The position numbers and the translations under genes were made by a program. Below are positions 48,954 to 61,086 of a DNA stretch of 64,000 bases, one piece after another. Numbering within the stretch: position 1 is the first letter of the stretch; every line of letters begins with the position of its first letter. The stretch comes from Chromera velia (taxonomy: Eukaryota). Under the pieces are notes generated by a model. The model was not told the origin of the DNA and ran no database searches. It saw nothing but the letters and a program-made list of their open reading frames with translations. The stretch is taken from positions 1 through 64,000 of the forward strand of contig JAHBMJ010000245.1 in NCBI GenBank assembly GCA_018398765.1. Direction: 5' to 3'.

Positions 48954-51468
48954 GGGGAGCACAAGGATCCGCAGGAGACCTGGAGGCAGATGGGCAGGTA
49001 AATGGGTGGGAGACCAGAAAGCAAATAAGCAGGTTCTCTCAAGTGTTTCCCAAACAAATAGGAGTGGGCACTAGAGGGAGAAAAGCAACCAAGGAAGGAA
49101 GAAAAGACGCGCTCTGCAGACTAAAAAAGAAAAGTCCTTCACGTTCCACGAGCTCGATGTGCAGCAAGAAGGGTGACAGAAACGAAGGCAGGTCCTGAGT
49201 GCATCCATCCATTCACAAAGGCAGCAGCGGAGAGAGAGACAGGCAGACTGTATGTTTCTTCTTCTCCCTTCTTTTCTTCATGTACACAACATACAGACAT
49301 ACAGACCTGAAGTGAGGGTCCACCGAGAAGGGCTGGCCGGATCGGTCGGCGTCTTTGGCTGACCTCCTGCACACACACGGTCCAGTCAGCCGGTTCTTGT
49401 GAGAACCCCCCAGCTCTAAAGGGAGTTGGAGAGAGCATGCCCATCCACACATCCATACGGCCATGTATACACATACAGAAAAAAAAGGACCAACAGACCG
49501 AAAGACGCGCGGACATTCATGGAACTTCCGTATTTTCTTCCCTCGAGCTATCGGGCTCCTTCCCACCCTCTGAATGCCTCTCTACCCCCCTCCTCCCTCC
49601 AGCAGAAACAAACCAGGAGGAATCTTCTCTTCAACCACCAATCCACCCACCCACCCATGCACCTTTGCATTTCAGTTCTCGAGTCCGTCCAGTCCCCGAA
49701 GATGACCACCTCCTTCTCGGCCTCCCGAATGTCTGCAGGGATGCCCCCAGACAAACCGCCTGGATGGGGGGGGGCCGTGCAGCCGAAGAGGTCGGAGAAG
49801 TTTCGGTTGCGCCGTCTCTCCTGCATCTCCTCGATGGTCTCATTGTCATCCTTCTTCTGCAGGCAGGCAGCCATACATCCAACCAAACACCACTGTAAAA
49901 AACACACGTCACTTTCTCGTAGCCGGGTGTGGGTGGGACTTTTTTGGGAGTGCACTCTGACGAAGAAACAGACCGAGTCTCTCTCTGTGAAAGAGTACTT
50001 CCATCCGCGCCTGGCAGGAGCCAACGGATCACTCGCGGAAAACAGATACAGGCACACAAAAAAATGGCGTGCATGGGTTTGTAATGATATGAAGAAAAGA
50101 GGTAGGGAAATGAAATGAGGCGTCTGGTGAAAGCGAAACAAAAAAGCGAACTGTCAACAAGAATCACAGCCACCCTTCCGGTCTGATCTCATCTGCGGGA
50201 AAAAACCTGTGTCACACCTTGCCAAGACACAGCATCATTCTAAATAAAAAATCGAATCACAGGCTTTGCACAAGACCCATGACACAGAAAACCACGATAG
50301 TCTCACTCAACTGACAAATCCCTTGAGAACCGTCCCAGGCGGCGCCGTCTCTGCCTTGTCCAGTCCGGAAGATTTCCCAGTCACACCCGGAGACTCTCTG
50401 GTAGCGATGGCCCTCAACTTTGCCGTCTCTCCGATTTTCGGTCTGGGGGAGTCGGGAGCTTTCGGCTGGAGTCCCAGCGTCTCCCTCTCTTTGGCTTTCT
50501 CCTCCAGAGTCCTGTTGGGCTTCCGCACCTCATCCCACTCCTCTCCTGCTGCGTGGAGGAGTCGGGTCTCCGTCAGGGCGTCCGGCTGGGCGGGCTGACT
50601 GCCGACGTAGCAACGAGGGGGATCCTCTGCACACACACACACACACACACACATGTGAAGACACAGAAACACACGCAGGGGAGTCAAATCGCTTTATGCA
50701 TCCATGATGGATCTGCCCCACTAGATGCTGTGAGCTGTGCCCCCCCTGGTTCCGGTCACAGTTTGAAATGGACAGAAAGACCCCTCTGTGCTGGCTGGCG
50801 GACGGTCTTACCGCTTATCGACTGTCTTCCTCACTGACCCATCTTGCTGATCGGGTAGTGTGGGTCCTGGGGCCCCGGCGTGCCCCTCCAAGGCTGAAAG
50901 GCCGGCTCTCCCTTCCACAGGCCTGGGCTCGTGCTGCACATGCGCACACGGGGGGTACACGCAAGCCGTGCATTTGATGTGAGTGGGCGCGGGGGGCACA
51001 GATGAAAATGCGGGCGGTCGAAAAACTGATCACGGAGTCACGCCCTCAAAGACAGAAAAGACAGGGGGTGCACATGCTGGGTTTGTGTCTTGGAGTTGGA
51101 AGGGAGAAAGTGCAACGATGTCTGGTAGATCGAGGGGAGGAAACTAAATCTTGGATCGAACAGCCAGACTGATCGACGGACGCGTTGTTGAGAATCCTTC
51201 GGTCACTTGCAGTGAGGTAGTCAGGTCTGGGTTCGAATGTGGACCCTGCTTTTCTGAGGACTCTGCCGTCCCGGTCGGGCTCTTGGCAGAATACTTCCTT
51301 TCCCATCTGGTCGATGCGCTTTCCTGGAGGTGTGGGCTTGCCGGGGGAGTCCTCTGGGGGGTCGAAAATGGAGGACTTGAGGCTCTTCTGATACCTCTGC
51401 CTGGAGAGACCACGGGGGTCGTCTCTCAGCATTGCCTGAGGAGGTTCGGGGGGGGGAAACTTTCGCAT
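46366..51468 (-). CDS. Multi-exon hypothetical protein
   Basis: aaaATG at 51468 (MRKFPPPEPP..KSSIFDPP). Exon-like blocks bounded by gcag/GT at about 50627-50318, 49857-49664, 49367-49306 and 46444-46366. No domain recognised and internal exons are uncertain. Confidence 0.6.
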
Positions 51469-52371
51469 TTTGCTTACGTCAACGGGCTTTTGATAGTTTA
51501 GGCTGAGGAAGGCAGGAAGAATTAAGATCTGTCAGGTGTTGTCCGAAAGAAACAGTAGAAACGGAAGGTACGGAGAGTGTTTCTGAGGCCAGCTTTGCTT
51601 GCAGAAATCCCAGAACGAAGTGTGGAGGGTTCGGGAGAGAAGGGAAGGTTATGGTGCATATATAGACGTGAGTCATCGTGAGTCGATCTGACGGTGGGGA
51701 TTGGTGGGGGTTTAAACGGTCTCTGGCATTCTCTGGTTTGTCAAATTGGCGTCTCCAAACGCGAGGATGATCGAGGATATACGGCGCCTCGATCCATCCT
51801 CGATCTCTAGTAGCATGCACGCGGGCCCTGCCGATCTAAAATCGTTCGAAAAGCTGCTTTCCGGGGCCATCAGATGTGACGTGTGTAGTGAATTCCTTGG
51901 ATGGTCCCTGCAGGTTTCCCAGGATGTTTTCCTCTCCCACAAAGGCAAAGTCGTTATGCGGAAAAATTGCAGCTTTCGCGCCGTTTTTTCAGCTTGGGCC
52001 AAGGCCCCGGCATGCAGAGAAAAATGATGTGTGCCTCAGAGGTCTTTCTCGCAACAATCGACACAGAAATCCCCCGAGACACACACCAGCATATATATAC
52101 ATGCTGTTTTAATTGAGTTGAGTTTTTGGGTCAAAAAGATTTGAACCTTCTTGTCCAAAAAAGCGTCACCAAAGCGGTAGAAGAGTGCAGATGTCAAGAG
52201 GTTGGCAGTTCTTGGTCCTAACTCGCAGAACCATGGGCATCCGGGTGTAGGAAGGTACTACAGGCAGCTTTGTGCCAACTAAACCGTTAGGCAATCGATA
52301 TCTGCATGTATCTCTGTCAGTCTCCCTGAGCAGTGAAGTAAAGAACTGAGCACTGAAGGAAGCTAGAGACC

Positions 52372-55300
52372 ATGTCTGAGGACAGAAAGGATCAGACGTG
52401 GGCTCCCATCTTCCCGTCAGAGCCGAAGGGCGTGGTTGCACTGACTGGAGATCCGGAGGGGACTTTGGAGGAGAGATTTGAGGTTCAGCCAAGCGATGGA
52501 GAGGCGCTGGGGAGTCTGTTTGGCTACCCGGACGCCGACTCTTCTCGTCATGCACTTGATTGTTTTGCTGAACTTGCAATGCGGGCGTGTGTGGGTGCGG
52601 AGGTAGATCTTCTGAAGGAGGTGGAAACCATCACGAGAGAGGTGGAGGCAAGTGCTTTGACAGAGACGGCGCTTCCAGACAATGTAAGCGGAGGGACGAG
52701 TCAACCCGATGCAGATATGGACTTTCTCTCTTGGTGTGAGAACCACACAGACGAAAGCGTAGTGCTACAGAGACTGCGAGAAAAGAGGTTGGCACAGCTG
52801 CAGGAGGACACAGAGACCCAGGCGGCACTCCGGGAGGAGATCTTCAGGCTTCAGGGTGAACTTGCTGAGAAGAAAGGAAGGGAGAGGGAGGATTCTCCCG
52901 ACACTGATGAACTGATGGGCCTGCCCTCTGAGGGTGTCCCTCTTTCGTCCTTCTCCTCTTCTTCATCGTCTGCTGCTGCTAGCAGTGCACAGAGACCAGG
53001 AGAGCAATCAGGGGAACCTACGGCCCCTCCCCAGGGCTGCAGTCATGATGCCGAAGGCGAAGGGGCCTCCTCCTCGTCTTCGTCTTCCTCGTCCTCTTCA
53101 GGGGACTGGACAACGATTCCAGCCATAGGGAAATGCCCCCTGAGACTCCCGAGAGAAGCGGGCTTGGCCCTGAAACTTGTGAGTGAAGGGAGGGGGGGAG
53201 TTCTTCTCTTTCCTTTCTTTGTGTGGGCAGACGGAGGATTGGTCAAATGGAAGACGCTGGAACGAATCACACGTGGCCATACAATAATCTTATAAATGCA
53301 TAAGTTTCCGCTCCCAGCAGCTCGATTGATTGATTATCCCTCGCGCATCTCCGTTCCTTCCTGTTTGTTCCTTCCTACCTTCTCGGCACAGAACGCAGAA
53401 TTTCAGTGGAAGCAAAGAAGGGAAGTTTGTCTCAAAATCAGTTGAAACAGGGATGTTTGTCTTCCGGCCGTTCCTTGTCCGTCTGTCCGTCCCCCCCCTC
53501 CTCTGTGTGTCTGTGTACGTGCGTACGGGCGTGTGCATGTCTGTATTGACGTTGTCTTTGCACTGCAGGGAGAGAGAGCGGGTCTTACCAACTGGCGTCC
53601 TCCAGATCCCATCGCGGCTTCCGTCTCCCTCCCGAAGATGCTGACGATGTGTGAGTTGACCCGAAATTAAGTCTCTGTCTGTTCTTTCTGCTGGGTTTTT
53701 GGTATTCTTGTGTTCTCTCCTCATTTTATTCGTTCTCCGGAAGTACTGAATGACACGCTCTCCCTTTCTCAGTGTGTCTATGCGTCCGTCTCCGTGCGTG
53801 CGTGTCCCTCTCTCTTTCCTGCTCTCTCTTGTGTTTGCTTCTCGGTTTCCTGATTGTTCTGCCCTCCCTTTCAGAGTCTTTCAACAATCGCAAGCCCGTT
53901 CAGCAGGGGCACCTCCCCCCTCTGTTTTGCCTTTCTCCCTTCGAGAAGGCCGCTCTGCATCTCTCTGTTCTCTCGTTGATGGCCCTGTGCTGTGCTGTGC
54001 TGTGCTGTGCAGCCGAACTGATGGACTCGATGGTTTTCCCTATCAAACGTCAATCCAATGAGAGGGTGTCAGAGGCCATCAACCCCTACTTTGTGGTCAG
54101 TCAGGCAGAAAAAGGAGAGGAGGGGGATGCTTGTGGGGAAAGGATGAAGGATGATGTTTCTCTCTGTTTGCTCGGCCAGGGGTGTTCTTTCTTCATGAAT
54201 TGATGGAACATCAACCTGCGCAGATGCAGATCTTCTCATGTGTGTCTCTTTTCTTCTCTCTTCTTACCTTCAGGACTAGATATCTTCACTCCAGTAAAAT
54301 CGTTTTTGCTGATCATCTTCCGTGTATGAATGCACACAGCCATGGATCTTTTCCTCTGCTATATGTATGCGATTTCTTATCTCGTCTCCCTTTTCTCTCT
54401 GCTGCCCGCCTGGCTGCCTGCCTGCTTGACAGGACGATGTCTTGACCATTCGCAAAAGACTGGAGGAGCAGAAGCCAGAAGCTCTCTCGAAGCCCGTGTG
54501 CCCTCCCGGAGTCTCTGGCCGAATGCTTCGGTTCCAGGAGACTCTGCGGAGAGTGAGGGAGGCCCGGAAGATGCAGATGATTAGACCCGAGAGAGACAGG
54601 AGATGGGGGGGGGTGAAGCCTCAGCTGAATCCTACAGGGTTGTCCACTTCAGAAGGGGAACTATGGAGTCGGTATAGAATTGCGGGGCTACCTCTGTATG
54701 TTGCCCCTGCAAAGAATCAAAGGGTGAAAGTGCAACAAATAGAAAGCGAGAAGGCGCGTATGTATCAACAGGCGTCCTCCGAGGGTGGGGGGTCGGGACT
54801 GTTGTTGCCTGTACAGAGTCCGTCAAGTGTTCGTGCATTGTCTCAAGCTAGCCCGATCTCGTCTGTGGGGTTTGCTTCAGGGTCTTCTCCCGTCTCCCTG
54901 ACGTCGAAACGAGACTTACCCGAGACACCTGCGTTGATGGACACCGGATTGCTCGATAAGAGAACGGTGAGGGACTGGATCGAACTCGGAGTTCCTCCCC
55001 CTCTTCCTCCTGTCCTGGCTCGTGTTGCGTGTGCGGGTCGAGAGATTAGTGCCTCGAAAGGGGCGGAGAAGAGGGGAGGTACAGGAACGTCAGTGATAAG
55101 CGGGGGGCTGGTGACTCCAGTGAAGGGGGTGCCGTCTCTGGCAGTGGTGAGACTCCGGAAGATGAGAATGAACACTGGCAAAGCTTGTGGTCAGTCAGTT
55201 GGTCTGAGGGTCTATTTGCCAGACTCTTCTTGTTCATGTTTGTGACGTCGTTTTTGGAGCCGGAATCTCAGACTGCGTGAAAGAACGTCCGTGTGCGTGT

Positions 55301-58300
55301 GGATCTGTGTGTCTGTGTGTGTGCGTGCCTGCTGGGCCGGGGCCTGCGCGTGCACTTTGTGACAAATCGCTTTCTTCTTTTACTGTAAGAGAGTTCTGAG
55401 TGCTTGGCTTTCTCTTCGCTCTTGCAGTTTTCCTGCTCTCATCTCTCAATACTTTTGACTTTTCTTTTGGTGCTGCAGGTTTCATTCTTGACAAAGTGAT
55501 CCAGACAAAACGGCACAGCGCGGTCGATTGGGGAGATGGAGACGAATTGGTGGCTGAACTATTTCCTGAGGGGGCAGGGGAGCAGTGGCGCCTGGTGGAG
55601 GACGGGCCCTCGTCGTCCCCCATGAGTCGGGGGGGGCCTGGAAGGGACAGGGACGGGTCGCCAGATCCCGGCAGAGGGGGAGAGGGACGATGGGGGGGGC
55701 GTGGAGTGGGGCCGCGGGGAGCTGGGGGAGTATTGAGGGAAAGAGGTGAAAAAGGACTTGGGGGGATGAAGAGAGGGAATGGGAGGATTGGAGGTGGAAG
55801 GCAACATCTTCCTGTAGGCTATGAAGCATCCCTGGAAGGTTCGCTCGTTGGTTGATCTATTGATTCATTCGTTGGTGTCTCTGTTTGGTTTGCTTCTTTG
55901 AAATATTACCCTTCCTCGGTCTCCGTGTGTCACGTTTCTGCGTGGCTCTTCTTTCTTTGCGATTTTCCGGAAACTCATCAGAGACACGTCTGTTTGTGGG
56001 TGTGCGTGTTTTGTGTGTGGAATTTGTCCTCTGATTTCGAGGGGCTTCTCTTCTTCTTTCGGTGGCCTCCTCGCTTTCATGGAGCAGTTTGCCCTTCTCG
56101 CACGCGCGTGTCGCTTCTTGTCGGATGTCTCGCTATCACGTCTTTTATTGTCCATTGCGTGACAGTATCTCACTTGCTTCCTTTCCCCTTCCTTCCGTTT
56201 GTTTTTTGCAGTGACCGGCGGAGGCCTGGGTCTAGGTATGGGTCTTGCCGCCTCTCAGGGTCGCACTGTGAAGGCCCTCGGGGGAGGCAGACGCATGCCC
56301 ATGTCCACGTCTCCGTGCGTGACGAGGGGCATGAAGCAGCAGAGGGCGGCGAGGGCAGCCAGGGAAGAAGGGGGAGTGCCGGGAAGTGGAAAGAAGGGCG
56401 AGAGGGGCAGCCTGATGAAACAGCAGACCCACCCTCCAGGTCCCACCCTTACCGTCTCCCGCCCCGGTGCGATGGCCCGCTTGACCCCTCATGCGCCTCC
56501 TCCTCCTGGCTCTCTTGCAGCGTCCATCGCAGAGCTTTCTCTGGCTTCAACGCAGCGCATGAGGAAGAAGCGGCAGTTTAAGCCTATCGCAGGTGGAGAG
56601 GGAGAGGAGAGAGGGGGGCTGAAAATAAGATCCCCTGGGACGGGAGAGGGCAGTGCACCCCCTTCCTCTGAGAAGAGACGTGGCAGGCCGCCTCTTCCGT
56701 CTACGCTTTTGAAGCGAGAATTGGCTGCCTCCAAAGCAGCAGCTGCTGCTGCGGCTGCTGCTGTTCCTCCTTCTTCTTCGTCTTCGACCCTTTTTGGGGG
56801 TCCGTCTCCTTCTGCTTTCCGTCCGGTCAGTTTGATTCCCCTTGATGGCCCTCCCGTGCATTCGCCTTCGCCATCGTCAGTAGAACCGCCGCTGAAGATG
56901 ATGAAGGTTGATGAAAGCGGTCAAGATGGGGTTTCTGAGAGTGTGGGAGGGTCATCTCGAGGTCGGGGTAGGGGGAGAGGTACAGGTAGAGGGAGAGGGC
57001 GCGTGAGAGGAAGCAGGGGTGCGAGGGGATCGAGGGGTAGGGGACGGGGAGGGGCGCTTTCTTCTACTGGTGGCAGTGAGGTATGTGGAGAGGCAGAAGA
57101 AGAGAGAGTCACTGCTGCAGGGGATACTGAAAGTCTCGCAAGTCGTCCCGGTAGGGGTCGAGGCAGAGGAAGGGGGAGAGGTAGGGGGAGGGGAAGAGGA
57201 CGAGGAAGAGGAAGGGGCGCATCCGTTTCCGCATCTGCAGCCCAGTCCTCTCCTCCTTCCCCGGAGGGCTTTGACGCTTTCGGCCTCGGGGGACCGGGTC
57301 TGTCTCTTTCCGGGGGTCCGTCTCCTTCAGCCCATGCACAAGGGGGTGTTCCCCCCCCTTCTCTGCTCTTCACAATGCCACCCGAATTTCAGCAGGCGTC
57401 CTTACCCTTCCTTCCCCCAGAATTGATCCAACAGTTTCCCCATGCACAGACACAAGATGACTCATCCCGCCTGGCCTCTGTGGGGGCAGCTGCCGCTGCT
57501 TCTGCCGGTGTCCCCCCCACCCCTGTTGACGGGAGACGGCGGGGGTCCGAGGGACCGTCTCCAGTCGGTGTTCCTGGGTCCACTGGTCCTTTTGCCCCGT
57601 CCCCGAGTAGCGTCGCCCCGTCATGGAACTTACTCAGCGGTCTGAACTTAAATGCCCTCCCCTTCCCTGTAGCTGCTGATGAAGCACAAGCAGCAGCCAT
57701 CACGAGATTCTTAGAGGATGCCCAGAAAGCAGTCGGCATCCAGCCTGCAGCTGCTTCTACTGCCAACGCTGCTGGTGCTGCATCATCATCTTCTTCGACC
57801 GCTGCTGCAGGGACAACTCAGTTTCCCTTCCTTGCACCTTTGACTCTCCCCATGAATCCGTCAGCCAGCAACACCCAACAACAACCAAAAGACAAGGATG
57901 CCAATGCAAACCAAAGCCTCTCTGCACCCTCACCTGCAGCAAGTGCAAACTCCGGCATGCTCCCCTTCGCTTCCCTCTTCCCGATGCCCCAATTCCCTGC
58001 CAATGTCCAGCTCGCTCCTGAATACCTCATGCACCTCATGAAGCAGGCAGCCTCCATGGCTCCTCCCTCTGTCGGCCCCCCCAGTCAGCCCTCCCCGCCC
58101 CATCCTCAGGCGTCAGTCAGAAGAAGCACACCCACACCCTCGGCAGAAGCCTTGAAACCCAGCGTGACTCCCCCGGCTTCTTCTTCTTCTTCCATCTTTG
58201 TTCCCCCTCCCCAAACCTCATCGTCCTCTTCATCTTCCTCTTCTTCCACAGCAGCCATCGCAGCCCAAAAGGTACCAGCCAAAGAGACTGCAGACCAACC

Positions 58301-59000
58301 TACGTCGTCTGCTTCATCCAACGGACACCAACAGTCTTCTCACCAGATAGGCACCGCCCCCTCTTCCCAGCAGTCCTCTATCCACCCTGATCCCAATTCC
58401 CAACTCTGGAGGCCCCCAGGGGTCCCAGAGGCCCCTCTTGCACCCCTGAACCCCTCTACTCAACCCCCAAACACGCAACAAGGGGGAGCTGCCGTTTCCT
58501 CACACGGAGACAAACAGATCCCCGTCACCTCCTCATCCCATGTCGACAAAGGCCCGTCACCTCCACCTCTGCCAAACACCCGCCGTTTCATCACCCCTAG
58601 CGGTCAGACCTCTGTCGTTCCCCAACCCTCCCTTTCCCTGTCTTTGGGAGAAGACAAGGCAGGCGTACGCGGAAACACGGAAGGGCGTCTGCCCCCGGTT
58701 TCCTCGAGGGAAGGGTCACCCTCTTCATCAGCGGGGCCGTCAGCAGCGGAAGCAGCACGAGGGGGGTTGAAGGAGAAGACCGCAATTGCCGCTGCTGCCC
58801 AGACTTCTTCTGCCTCTTCCTCTTCGGGTGCTTCAAGAGGGGACGCTGCACAGCAGCAACAGCAACAGCAGCAGGGCGTCCTCGAGGGTCTCTTTGCAAT
58901 TTCGGGTCCAACCACGGCCAACACTTCCCCCTCTCCTCGTCTGTTGGCTGAGGGGCAAAGAAGAGAAGGAGAAAGGCAGACGCAGGCTGGGGGTACTTAA
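52372..59000 (+). CDS. Large multi-exon hypothetical nuclear-type protein with AT-hook, RG repeats and S/P/A-rich tail
   Basis: Exon 1 is 52372-about 53178 (GTGAGT donor). Exon-like blocks at about 53569, 54012, 54433-55190 and 55479. The terminal exon at about 56212-59000 has KRRGRPP and two (GR)n runs. Confidence 0.72.
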
Positions 59001-61086
59001 TCACAGTGATGACGGGCAAATTGAAACAAAACGCAGCATGGCAAATGGGCATCTTTTCAATGCAAGGAGGAGCACCTGTCTGTTGGTGTAGACTCGGTCG
59101 AAAGTCCGTCTACTGTCTTTTACTCTTCTTGCCTGTTCTCTTTTTTCGTCCTGTCTCGGAGGGTTCCCTTTGCATTGTGTTCCATGGCGTTTCTCGTTGC
59201 TTTGTTTGACAGTCTCTTTGTTCTGTTGCATTCCATCCGGCCATTTGTGTGTATGCGTGACTCGTTGACACAGCAAGTGACTGTTGCTTGGATTTTTGAT
59301 CGAAAGAGTGGGGTGGGGATGCGAGGGAAGGGAGGCTTTTTTTTTCGTGGAGAGAGCATACCCGGTTGATTCGATTCCATGCAAGATCGTGCAAGGTTCG
59401 AGTTTATGTGCTTGCCAAAACTCTTCTCTATAGTCGATTGACCTTTTTGCGTCCAATGCAATCAAATTCCGTTGAATTTCTCATGTGAGTTGTCAGCTTA
59501 GTAGGACTCATCTAGGACACGTAGCGCAATTAACGGAGACTCAATATACCCTGTAGGCTATCGCATTTAGGAGTAATTGAGAGAATTGGAGTGCCCAATT
59601 GGGAATTTGGAATCCCAAATTGCTAATTCGAAACAATTTCAAAATATTTTTTTCTATGTGAAAAACTTAGTGCACAAAGCTCTATTTTTCTGTATGCATA
59701 AACATTCTAAAACCTAAAGATTTTAATTTTTAAGTCTGAACACTAAATTAGCTTTACATAAATATTTAATATCAAAAGAATATAATTGGCAATTAATTTA
59801 GGTTTCCAATTGGAAATCCAATTTTTTAATTGGAAATCACTTACGAAAAGAACGTTTTGAAATTAAATTTGAATAGTTTTGAATTGGAAAATCAATTGGA
59901 TTCCAATTGAAATCCAATTTTCCTTTTTTTTTTTTTTTCTCTGATTTATTGTTTACCATTAAACAGTGTTTACACAAATGAAGGTTTAAGAACATTTAAT
60001 TAGTCTTCGGACAAACTAGGTTTGATCCGCCCCTCATATATGGGGCAAAAGTGTTTAATCACGGAATATATTTATTCACTAGTTACTCACTTCAAAAGTA
60101 ATATAATCAGGAATATATTCCTAAATTAATTGAATTGTATGTATACGATTCTACAGGTTTGCTGAGCGGTGGCTGAACTGCTTTGAAGAAGTCTTGTACG
60201 TCCACTTAACTCATTTTCAAACTATAAAATTAATCGTCTGAACATATCAGGCCTCAGTCATCTCAGACTGGTATCATGGGTTGCTGTGACTTTAAGTTTG
60301 CATCTTACCTTATGTTTGAAACTCATGCATGAAGACCCGATTTTTGATGTAACATGTACAATCGGCTATTCGGCTCTGAATGCATGCATCGATAGCCGCG
60401 GCCGCTAGTAGGAGCAGTGGGCCGCGCCGGCGCATGCATGGCTAGCCCAGGCTGCATGGGCTAGGCCATGCATGCAGTGCACTGAATATGCACAAGCCTC
60501 TAGGCTACTTCCAAAACATTTATTTTTATAACGTAAAAAAAAAAAACCACGCACCATTAGAATGACTAAAGGTATTAAAGACTAGTAAAAATCAGATTTT
60601 GGCTAATTAATCACTTTATTCAATCACATTCAATCACTTCATGAGATGATTAAATATATTCTAATCAGAAGTGACTGAACATCTTTGATATGGGGGCGCG
60701 GCATGTATAACAAAAACTTTGATCATCATTAGTCTCTGGACACTAATTTATCAAGCAGCGCCGGCAGCTGCGCGCGCCACGTCTGAGCTGGGGAATAAAA
60801 AATGCCCAGGGGGGGGGAACAACCATGTGCGAAGCGCACGGTTATAACACAAAACGTTCAAGCGCGCGAAACGCGCTGCATGTACTCTGTGTAAACTCAG
60901 AGAGAAATAGTTTGACATTTTAGAAACAGTAAAAACGAAATCTTCAAATTATTATTTCAAAAAAGATCTAAGTTAACTTATATAATTTAGATATGAAATT
61001 TTTTTAAATACACGAATAATGCGATCCAATTTTTAATATAATGTAAAACATTGATATATCTATTAACTATAGAACTAATCATTCAA

